64,000 nucleotides of DNA from Octopus bimaculoides. Lineage: Eukaryota. Under the pieces are notes generated by a model, which saw only the letters and a program-made list of their open reading frames with translations, was not told the DNA's origin and searched no databases. A program made the translations under genes and the position numbers. Every line of letters starts with the position of its first letter. Position 1 is the stretch's first letter. Shown here one piece after another: positions 53,194 to 64,000 of this stretch. Location of the stretch: positions 7,095,070 to 7,159,069 of the forward strand of contig NC_068990.1 in assembly GCF_001194135.2 (NCBI RefSeq), written 5' to 3'.

Positions 53194-54818
53194 GTAACCT
53201 TGTCTAAGCGTTGTTTTCAAAATATCCTTGACTTCCAATTCAAAATGTAAGTGACATATTTATCAAAAGTAAGCAAAGAGAAATTAAATATCTTACTACA
53301 AAAGAACAGAAAAAAAAAGAACTCAAATAAAAAAAAAACATTTCTAAAACAGGTAACTAATGTAATATAGCTCTACAGATATCTTGTAGACTCTACCATT
53401 TTTGTTTTGCTGTCAAAAGTAAGTTATCTTATTAATGTTTTAAGTTGTTTTTTTTATTCACAACAAACAAATATGTTAATGCCTACTGAGTACTTATAGA
53501 TGTCTCATAAAGAAATAAACCTACTATGAGATATAAGTGACTAACACTACACACAACAAAAGTGACTAACACTATATACATAACACTAACAGCTGACTGA
53601 ATATAAAGTTTTTACAGAGATGTGTTATCATTTTTCTTTTTGGTAACATGCCAATTTCCTTTGCTCAATTTTATTTGATAAGTTATATCAGTTATATATA
53701 GGTGCAGGAGTGGCTGTGTGGTAAGTAGCTTGCTTACCAACCACATGGTTCCGGGTTCAGTCCAATTGCGTGGCACCTTGGGCAAGTGTCTTCTACTATA
53801 GCCTTGGTGTGTGTGTATTTGTGTGTCTGTTTGTCCCCCCCAACATCGCTCGACAACCGATGCTGATATGTTTACGTCTGCGTAACTTAGCAGTTCGGCA
53901 AAAGAGACCGATAGAATAAGTCCTAGGGTCGATTTTCTCGACTAAAGGCGGTGCTCCAGCATGGCCACAGTCAAATGACTGAAACAAGTAAAAGAGTAAA
54001 GAGTATGCTAATTTCCTTTGCTAAGCTTTATTTAATAAGTTATATCAGTTTCATTATGGACATTCCGAAAATGTATATACTTAACACAGGGTGGCCAGAT
54101 AGTCCAGCTCTTGAGCACTTTGTTCTTCATCTGACAACAACTCGAGCTGGACACTAATTTATACTCTTTTAGGAATCTGCAAAAATTTGCTGCCTTTTTA
54201 TATAACAATAACATCAAAACAAGGCAAGTCTAGTTTTGTAGCAATTCTCATTCAAGTGAAATGTTAGTATTTCACCATTTTGTCACATATTTCACTCCAA
54301 CCAATAACATAGCAGTAACTTGGCAGCCATTTCTACTCCAGGTGGCCAGAATCAATCCTCACTCATCCTCTTAGCTAGCTATTGGCTCTTGGCTTGCCTT
54401 AAGAGAATACAAATTGTCTGCCTTGGTATCAAGTTTTCTTTGTCTTTGCATTCATAGAACAAATCAAATCAATCCTTCCACTGATATCAAGGAAGCAATA
54501 CAAAACAGAATCACATGTATTGCAAGACACATTAAGCTGATTATTTACTTATTGCTAAAACCATGTTACTTATCTACTTTTTCTCTTTACGTCAGGTCAA
54601 ATATATTAACTCGTTCTATATTACAAATTAATCAATTAACTTTGTTAAACAAAAATACGTGAATACACATGTTCCTAAATACATCTGTATAAACTTTACT
54701 TTGGTTGATGTGGTAAACCTAGAATATATGTTTATTTAAATACTATTGATTAATGACCTTGTTCAAATTCGGTAATGTGGCAAAGAATGAAAAGCTGATA
54801 TGTAATTTGTTGAGTCTA

Positions 54819-54993
54819 GGACATTTACCCCTGCTGGACAATAACCCACCAAGGACATTTACCCCTAAGAACAGCAGATAATGATTTAAAATTTCTTAAT
54901 ATATTGGAGAGGGAGTAATTAACCAAAGGGGGTAATTGTCCTAAGGGGTAGTTGTCATTGGGGGAATTGTCCTATGGGAAGTGGGGTAATTGT
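54819..54993. mobile_element. MITE-like element with inverted subterminal repeats
   Basis: ggacatttacccc x2 on the left; ggggtaattgtcc-like x4 on the right. Confidence 0.55.
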
Positions 54994-57089
54994 TCTGATA
55001 CTCTCTCTTTACAAACACAGACACACAAACACACACACACATATGTATATACAGTTCTTTCAGTTTCCGTGTACCAAATCCACTCACAAGGCTTTGGTCG
55101 GCCCAAGGCACTTGCCCAAGATGCCACGCAGTGGGACTGAAACCGGAACCATGTGGTTGGTAAGCAAGCTACTTACCACACAGCCACTCCTGCACCTATG
55201 AATGCTGATGATTATAATCTGTTAACTCATGTTGTAACTAGGCAGCTCTCTATTTTGACATCTGTTGATAGAATACTTAGGGAGTTCCAAAAAGTTATTT
55301 TGAAAGTCTAGGTGAGGGAAATGCTCCACAGTTCTGTGGAAGTGTTTTGAAGATGAAGAAAATTCCTGGGATTTATTGGATATCTATTTCTTCTTCCTCA
55401 TCTACATGCTTCAATTGTTTTCAATCGCTGGTGAAGCACTAGAAGCCAAGTCATTCAGTGTAATTTCAGTATTTAAGTTAATGGCTGAACTGCAGAATAA
55501 AGAATAATTTTTTGGCTTGAGCACCAAGTTTAGTCAGCTTCCCCTGATAGGTATAAGAACTGTGAGGCAGATAATGTTTTTGTCTCTGAAAGAGCCATAA
55601 AGTACTTAAATGACAGGTATTGGTTTCCTGAAGACATCTTTCATAGCAAATTTGAATATAACAAAATTCTATAACTTTTGGAGAATTCTATAATGCAGTC
55701 AAGGCATGTAACTTTCAAGATATTTAAAGGATTAGCTATATGAAAAATACGTGATTGTAGAAGCAATTCCCTGTCACATTTTTCTTTTTTTTTTAGTTAG
55801 TGTTATTTCTTATTTGCTTCTATATAGACACGTAAAAGCACCCACTACACTCTCTGAGTGGTTGGCGTTAGGAAGGGCATCCAGCTGTGGAAACGCTGCC
55901 AAATCAGATTGGAGCCTGGTGTAGCCATCTGGTTTCACCAGTCCTCAGTCAAATCGTCCAACCCATGCTAGCATGGAAAGCGGACGTTAAACGACGNNNN
56001 NNNNNNNNNNNNNNNNNNNNNNNNNNNNNNNNNNNNNNNNNNNNNNNNNNNNNNNNNNNNNNNNNNNNNNNNNNNNNNNNNNNNNNNNNNNNNNNNNNNN
56101 NNNNNNNNNNNNNNNNNNNNNNNNNNNNNNNNNNNNNNNNNNNNNNNNNNNNNNNNNNNNNNNNNNNNNNNNNNNNNNNNNNNNNNNNNNNNNNNNNNNN
56201 NNNNNNNNNNNNNNNNNNNNNNNNNNNNNNNNNNNNNNNNNNNNNNNNNNNNNNNNNNNNNNNNNNNNNNNNNNNNNNNNNNNNNNNNNNNNNNNNNNNN
56301 NNNNNNNNNNAAAGACACCATTTCGAGCGTGGTCGTTGCCAGTACCGCCTGACTGGCCTACGTGCGGGTGACACGTAAAAGCACCCACTACACTCTCTGA
56401 GTGGTTGGCGTTAGGAAGGGCATCCAGCTGTAGAAACTCTGCCAAATTAGATTGGAGCCTGGTGTTGCCATCCGGTTTCACCAGTACTCAGTCAAATCGT
56501 CCAACCCATGCTAGCATGGAAGGCGGACGTTAAATGATGATGATGACGATGATGATAGAAATCAAAGGCAATGACTACTATTCCCTTCAAACTTAGCTTT
56601 TATGAATCAGTCATTGAACTGGAAAAGAGTTCTGAGGAAATTCATCAATGTTTGAGTACTTAAGGTTTTACAGCATCAATATAAGCAAAAAATGGAACTT
56701 GTTAGAATTTTTATGCCATAAGATAATCTAAGCAAAATAATGGTTTCTTGTTTTTGTTATATGGTTTCAATTTTAGATAAAAAAAAAATTATGAAATGCA
56801 AGATGTGATGTAATGTGTGTGTGTGTTTGTGTGTGTGTGGTAGTATTTGGAAATTTATGAGCATATATGCTCATAAATTACCAATATTCTCATTTCTGTT
56901 AATCTAGAAATGTCCAACCCTACTCTGACAAAATTACCAAGCATGTAAGTAGCTCTAAATTGAGCTATATAAAAATGTGTACATAACCACAGAAGGTTGC
57001 AGAAGTTGACATGAAGATTTATGTCAACACATTCTAAAACATGTTTTTATAAGTTCCCCATATTTTAAACTTTCAATGCATAATTTTAG

Positions 57090-57170
57090 GATATGAATGA
57101 GATTATCAAGGATCTGGTGGCTAGTAACCCAAATATTACTGAATTTGAAGAAAATCTTCGTCACTTTAGG
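57090..57170 (+). CDS. DNAH5: DNAH5/8-like exon 13
   Basis: ttttag acceptor, gtaagt donor, 81 nt. DMNEIIKDLVASNPNITEFEENLRHFR resembles [20 protein letters not shown]. Confidence 0.88.
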
Positions 57171-57276
57171 GTAAGTGGGATCAATTTGCATTATTTTCCA
57201 TTTTACTATTTTCTTTCTCATATATACATACTTCTGAAAGTTTTCTTTATCTCATTGTTTATTATTTTTTGTAACA

Positions 57277-57335
<59 letters not shown>

Positions 57336-57454
57336 CACAATGAGTAATATTTGCTGCATTTCTGACTTTAACAAAAAAAATATTTTTAAAAAATGTTCAC
57401 TAACTAACAGAAGCTATATCAGCTGAGCAAATGACTGTGTTGCTGTTACAGTTT

Positions 57455-58400
57455 TCAATTTATTTAATTTTGTTCCAATTGTTTATAAATTTGATGTATT
57501 GATGCAGTTTTGTCTACTAATTATGGAAATGAAATTCATTTTTGCCATAAATTAATAAATAAAATTTAATAGCTTTTAAAGTTTGCAAATTTTAGGTAAT
57601 TTTAGCCAACCAAAAGCCACAAACACATTGGTTTCTGTTTCCGTAGTAACAAGCCAAGCTGTTGGTTGATCCTGGAAAGGATAGTGTATGACTGTCAGAA
57701 AAGGATACATGGTTGGAAGGTGGTACCTTTCCTCTTAGGACTGTACTGCTTTTCATGGGGCAAGTTGCTGACTTCGGTTTGGTCTTGTATTGAAGAACTG
57801 GAGATGAGCCACTATTCAGCTGTTAATTACAACTGTTATATTTGTGAAATATGTGTGAAGGACTTGCTCTGCAATCCAGTTCAGATGTGCAAACCTGGGA
57901 AGATTGTTGAGGTCGATGAAACAGTCTTCTCATGGTGTAAATACAACCAAGGAAGGGTACTTGCTACTTGAGCAGTGAATTTTCAGAGGAATCTGTTGCA
58001 AGACCAAACATGTTTTTTTTTTATGCAGTGCCATGTTGGAATAGCAACACTCTAGAGAAATGCATACAATAGTTGGTTCTTCCAGGAACCACAACTTTCA
58101 GAGAGTTGTGGAGAGCCTCCTCTCACATTCCTGATTTTGATCGTTATAATTTATCAACATAGACCAGTGAACCACAGTGTTGAGCTTATTAATTTGAAAG
58201 ATAGTACCCACACACAACAAATGGGAAAAAAGCACATGAACCAGTGTAAAATGAGGGGATAAACGATGCTGTGGGATCCATTGTTCTATAAATGACTCGT
58301 GTCTCTGCAAGATTATGTAGCACAGGAGATACAAAAATTGTAATTTGTTTGAGAAACTTGTTCGTTTTTGAATTTTCACTACAAAAGAAAAAAATAATTG
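57455..58400 (+). mobile_element. Decayed Merlin (IS1016-like) transposon
   Basis: PGKIVEVDETVFSWCKYNQGR and LVLPGTT motifs. The 5' non-coding part recurs at 61020-61213. Confidence 0.75.
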
Positions 58401-58492
58401 TTTACATGATCTGAACTATTACTACAGCAGTGTACAATAGACTTTTTCTGTTTTTGTAACTCTTCAAACAAAAAAAAAAATGACTTGAGGGA

Positions 58493-58541
58493 CCACCAGA
58501 CCATACAGTTTCAAGTGATTTGTGTTCATCCTCAGTGATGG
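58493..58541 (-). ncRNA. Type-I hammerhead-like fold, intact core, weakened stem II
   Basis: ccauca-CUGAGGA-u-gaac...acuu-GAAA-cuguaugg-UC-uggugg. Confidence 0.6.
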
Positions 58542-58905
58542 ATACTTGTCTGCTAGAAATAGCAGTAGTTCATTCTTGCTCACAATATATAGAAAAATAA
58601 GTGACAACAAGTCATTGATCTGCTGGTTCTGTTACTGGAAGATGGTAGGGGTTCACTCACCTGCTTGCGATATATATATTGGGTGCAGATTGCATCAACT
58701 AACTAGCTGGAGGAGGTGTCCTCCTGGGGTTATAATGTGGAAGTGGCAATAAACACTACTTCTCAGAATAGTTACTGGTTTCATCTCTTATAGGGATTTT
58801 ATGACTAGTTAATTTGCTTGTTGCCAGATCAGTGGCTGCTGGTCACTTATTTTTCTATATATTGCAAGCTGGGACAAATAGCTGTTATCTCTAGCAGGCA
58901 TGTAT

Positions 58906-58954
58906 CCACCACTGAAGCTGAGCACGAATAGCTCAAAACCGTATGGTCTGGTGG
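58906..58954 (+). ncRNA. Type-I hammerhead-like fold, intact stems, mutated core
   Basis: ccacca-CUGAAGC-u-GAGC(acgaaua)GCUC-AAAA-ccguaugg-UC-uggugg. Confidence 0.6.
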
Positions 58955-59889
58955 TCTCATTGTTGGAAGATGGTAGGGGTTTGCTCCCTGCCTGCAATAC
59001 ATATTGGATGCAATTTGCACCAACTAACCAGGTGGAGGAGGCATTCTTCTGGGGTTAAAACAGTAGTGATGCCGGTTCCTACAGAACAGCCATGTTAAAA
59101 TGACTATGCATATTACATCTCAGTATAGTTTCTGCTTTCATTTCTTATAGAGATTTTCTGACAAGCTAATTTGCTTATATTTATATATATAAATATATAT
59201 ATATATATATAAAAAAAACTTGTAAGTGAATTATGTGATCTGTATAATTATTTCTCTATAAACCATGGGATCCTTGCTGTGAAAATATAATGCTGCACAA
59301 TGCAATAATAGTTTAGTGTTTAGTTTTATGACTAGCATATGCATATAAATTACATAAGAGAATTAATTGAATAAATGAGTGATACGATTATGAAATACAA
59401 ATTAGTTATCAACTGAATAGTTAGCTGATTACCTCATTGAACCCAGTAACTTATTTCTTCTATGGCTGAACAAAGTGTCCACTTGTAATACTTCAATAGT
59501 ATCACCATTTCAATAATGCTCTCATCAATAGAAGATACAAGATGTCGTTCAGGATGTCGTATAAATAATTTTGTTTATTTGAGTATATGATAAATGTAAT
59601 TTTGTATTCAGTTAATTCGATTTCATTGCATAAAGGATAATTACAAAACATGATTAATTGCTTAACTTTTCAAACCATATAACTGTTTCGCACCAAATCT
59701 ATTTAAAATTGATCGTTGTGCAAATCAAGTTAATTGCAATTAATTGCATAATATCCTTCTAGTTTTATTTTTTTCTGACAGTTGGATAACCTTCCGGTCC
59801 TTGTGCATATAAAATGGTGGACAACAAAGATAAACACTGAAAACAAGTGATAATAATTGGCGATGGCAGAAACATTACCGTTCAGCTTT

Positions 59890-60285
59890 CAGGTCCCGAG
59901 TGAACGTGTTTATCTGCCTTCCAGCAATGACCGTGTTCATGATTTAGGTGCATTTACGGACTTTATTATTCAGTATATTGTTCTATTACCTCATCTGGGA
60001 TGCTCCCTCCAACATCCTGGATGCTGTAGTAAATGGGAGGGTCATTGCTTCCGTAGCCGAATGGAACAAGATTCTGAAGCATTGGGACCTGTCAGTGAAC
60101 TGTCTCTTCCAACTTGTGGTGTTTGAGACGTTTGGAGGGGTGAAGCTCTTGTCATTGTTGGCAGCTCGCCTTACCTAGGTGTTGGGTGATGCCCATGAAG
60201 GTGGTTGGCTGGTCCAATGCCTTAGCCTCACCATCGCCTGTCGTAATGCCACAAATGTATTGGCTTGCTTCACTAGGTTCTACTG
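59890..60285 (+). pseudogene. CRE-like non-LTR retrotransposon C-terminal restriction-like endonuclease remnant
   Basis: LIWDA...AEWNKILKH...LVVFETFGG...LGDAHEGGWLVQCLSLTIACRNA resembles the LVWD...AE..K..KY...FETLG...FL.QRLS.AIQRGNA pattern. Confidence 0.6.
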
Positions 60286-63068
60286 AACCATGTGATGTGT
60301 GACCAATTGAGGCACTCGATGTTGCATTGATGTGTTTTTCCTTTTCCTTTTTTTTATTTGTTTTTCTTATTTTCTTTCCTTATTTCGCTTTTTCCAGTTT
60401 TACTTTTGGATATTGAATAAATAGATATGTATACAACAACATTTCATATGTGTTACATATGATTGATTTTACTGATATTATAAAATCATATTTTTAACAT
60501 ACACATGGTATTAGGTTAACATGCACTTTACCGTCATAAACGAAATTTATAGTAAATTGTAAAAAAAATTGAAGAAAATTGTGATAAATATTGGGAGTGA
60601 TGAGAGTCAAATGGATCTTGGCAAAAAAGAAATTGACTCATATAGTCTGAGTGAATCTACAACAATGACACCACAGTTCTTTCTCATTGTTCATACAAGA
60701 TTATTGCATGGCTTCTTGCATGGCTTAGATATAGCTGTGTTTGCTATCATGTGTCGTTATGCAAACAACAGAATTGCCTTCTCAGTAGTATTTATTACTG
60801 GATATAATACTTTGTGCTGTCTGTCCTTTATTCCTAAGTGCAGAAATCCGAGTGCAAAAGTGTATTTCTATTATTATGTTCGAAAACACACTGAAAGTTA
60901 AATTATTATTGTTAGTTGTTTGATATTTTATATTTACGAACATAGAGAAAATAATTCAAAATTAGCAAAACGTTGTATACAATGGCTCTTTCCTGTTTGA
61001 CTGCCACTTTTCAATTTCTTTAATTTTTGTCCCAATTGATTTCATATTTGATGTGTTGCTGTAGTTTTGTATGGTAATCTTTGGCAGGACATTCATTTTC
61101 ACCATAAATCAATAAATAAAGGGTTAATAGCTTTTAAAATTTGCAAATTTTGGGTAATTTTAGCCAATTGAAAGCCACAAATATGTAGCTGCGTGTTTCC
61201 ATAGTAACAAGCTTACCCATGTAGTTTTTGCTTACTAAATGCTTAAAACACAGGTGGCCGTGATATGTGCTAAAATAATAGCTAAATAGGACTTAAATCA
61301 CTCACCAAATTTCTTCCCGTTTTTGCATAATATGAATTCCTGTGTGTAGAATACAAATTTGCAAAACTCTCCTGAAAATTCTAAAAAATAGAAAAGCTGT
61401 ATGGCAGGCATAAAGCAAAATATGCCAACATTTCATTTTTTTTACAGTTGACAACTGTGGTCAGGCACAAAATAACAACATCCAAATCCTGTTTTCTGAC
61501 TGGGTAAAAATAATCAAAAGAATTTTCTGGAAGATGTGAATTTGCCCCTGAGATTCAGCTTAGAGAATTACATCAATACACCAATTTTTTTAATTTTCAC
61601 TAAACTTCGAAATATCCACAGATGCAGCCAATCAGAAAAAATCCCATAAAACTGATTTATCAGTTAGATATTCTGAAAGCTTTTGTTTTTTACAATAAGT
61701 TAAATTAATGAGTGTTAGACAGTACTTCAGGCAGCCAAATGTACTATTCATGTTATTCTTAGTATTTTAAATGATTAAAGATTGTCAAAATCCAGAAGCA
61801 GTGTAATTTCTTTTTAATTATTATTTACAACAGAGTATTGAATTTATTTAAAAAATAAATCTTCCTTGTAGATAAAATTTGTAAAAAGCTAGGTTGTTTT
61901 CATTTTCGATTATATCAATTAGACTTTGATTGCTAATTAATTTTCTTTTCTTTAATGCCATTAAGCTAAAAAGTATTTGAAAGTCCATTGATGCATGAAT
62001 CTGGCTAAACTTCATTAATTGAAGAATACCAAAGGGAATGGTAAAACCACAATAAGTAAAACATTCAACATAAGATGATAGTTTGGAAACTGGAACAAAA
62101 GTAAATACTGTCTGATGGAATATGGAGTAAAGTAATATGAGATTCATACATTGATTGTAGCTTTGCCAGCAGAAAAATATAGAGAACTGAAAAAAATTAG
62201 TGACTTTATTGCAATGATTTCCATCAGTTACCCTATGATTAGTTGAGTAGGTATGATTAAATATGAAAAGACTTAAGCAAATCTTGACTCAAACTTCTAA
62301 AAAAAAAATGAATGATTGTCAGGTAATTGTTGTGCATTAGAAGTATTTATAGCAGATATTTACAGAAGAAAGTTTAGGAAATAATGATAATAATAATCCT
62401 TTCTGCTGTAGTCACAAGGCACAAAATATTGTGGGGAGGGGCTAGTTGATTACATTGACCCCAGTGCTCAACTGTTACTTAGTTTATTGATCTTGAAAAA
62501 ATGAAAGGTAAAGTCAACCTAGGCAGGATTTGGACTCAGAACGTAAAAATGGACGAAATGCTTCTAAGCATTTTGCCTGGTGCAGTAATGATTCTGGCAA
62601 TAATAATAAAGGCTGGTTTGAGAACATTGAACCTCATAAAAGATAGAATTGGTATTTTTATGAATACAATGGATTGCAAATATGTTCAGATTTGCTAGTT
62701 TGATCGTTGATAGTAATACTCTTTGCTCTTTACTCTCTTTTACTTGTTTCAGTCGTTTGACTGTGGCCATACTGGTGCACCACCTTTAGTCAAGCAATTC
62801 AACCCCAAGACTTATTCTTTGTAAGCCTAGTACTTATTCTATCGATCTGTTTTGCCGAACTGCTAAGTTACGGGGATGTAACCACACCAGCATCGGTTGT
62901 CAAGCGATGTTGGGGGGACAAACACAGATACACAAACATACACACACACACATATATATATATATACATATATACGACGGGCTTCTTTCTGTTTCCTTCT
63001 ACCAAATCCACTCACAAGGCTTCAATGTTATTTACTTTTGTCAATTTACATGATGTTTTTTTTTTTAG

Positions 63069-63473
63069 AGTTTACAACAAGAAATTGAGCAGATTGAATC
63101 CAGCTACACTATTGGACCAATAGAAATGATGACAGAAAACTTAAAAACATCCCTTGGTACAGAAGTCAAAGCTTGGGAATATTCATATGCAAAGGCTCTA
63201 AATGAAATCTCTGCACAAAAGATGAATACTGTCTTCTCTTTCTTTGATCGTATGATGAAAAGCTTGTCCCACCCCGTTAAAGATCTGGATGATGTACGTT
63301 CACTGATGGCAGCCATAAATGAAGGAAAAGAAGCTGAAGTGTCAGTTGAATTTAATTTCATTCCCATAGAAGAGGCTTATTCTTTATTACATAAGTATGG
63401 CATTGTTTTTAATGATGGAAATGCTGAACGCCTTGATTCATTTGCCTATCTGTTTTCAAAAGTGAAAACTCAG
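63069..63473 (+). CDS. DNAH5: DNAH5/8-like exon 14 (gene continues beyond window)
   Basis: ttttag acceptor, gtaaaa donor. LSHPVKDLDDVRSLMAA...PIEEAYSLLHKYG resembles LNRPIKDLDDIRIAMAA...PIEESYALLNRYG. Confidence 0.93.
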
Positions 63474-64000
63474 GTAAAACATTTTTTTATATTATATGCT
63501 ACTTGTGCATTACTTGTTGTTTTATGAATGGAATAATTTCTCATTTCACTGAAGCATAATTAAATATTAGGAAACAAGGAAAAGTTAAACATATTAGATA
63601 TAAAATACACACCACACTTATCCTTGATAGCATTCATGTCTTGGCTATCTAAACATAGTGGAGTCCATTCCTCCCCAGCTCTAACTTTAGGAGAAGGAAG
63701 AAGAGAGGGAGATGTAGATGGAAAGGAAGATTTATCAACTGGTACCGTATTTATTGACCACCAAAGGGATGTGAAGGCAGGGTGTCCCAAGAAATGTATG
63801 CACATATTCATTTCTACTCTAAGCACTAAGCCCGAAATTTTGGGGGAGGGGCCAGTCGATTAGATCGACACCAGTATGCAACTGGTACTTAATTTATCGA
63901 GTCTGAAAGGATGAAAGGCAGAGTCGATCTCAGTGGAATTTGAATTCAAAACAGAAAGACAGACGGAATATCGCTAAACATTTTGCCCCATGTGCTAATG

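Noticed and set aside
55828-56555. Apparent tandem SINE dimer
   Set aside because: The two copies flank a gap and may be a mis-joined single copy.

Overview
Eukaryotic, AT-rich, microsatellite-rich genomic DNA with five N gaps. The SINE repertoire points to Octopus (inferred from remembered repeat families, not from a search). The window lies inside one large + strand gene. Fourteen GT-AG exons (3257-63473, 2670 nt, 890 codons) join in frame without stops. They encode part of the N-terminal tail of an axonemal outer-arm dynein heavy chain of DNAH5/DNAH8 type; neither the start nor the end of the gene is in the window. The introns hold several tRNA-derived SINE families and decayed LINEs (R4/Dong-like, RTE, CR1-like, CRE-like, Penelope). 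They also hold DNA transposon relics (mariner, maT-like, hAT, Chapaev-like, Merlin) and MITEs. The main unexplained signal is five unrelated repeat families that each carry a minimal type-I hammerhead-ribozyme fold, mostly inside inverted or tandem repeats typical of Penelope-like elements. One family joins a tRNA-like Pol III head to the hammerhead in a 550-bp head-to-head palindrome. No CRISPR, rRNA or prokaryotic features were seen.
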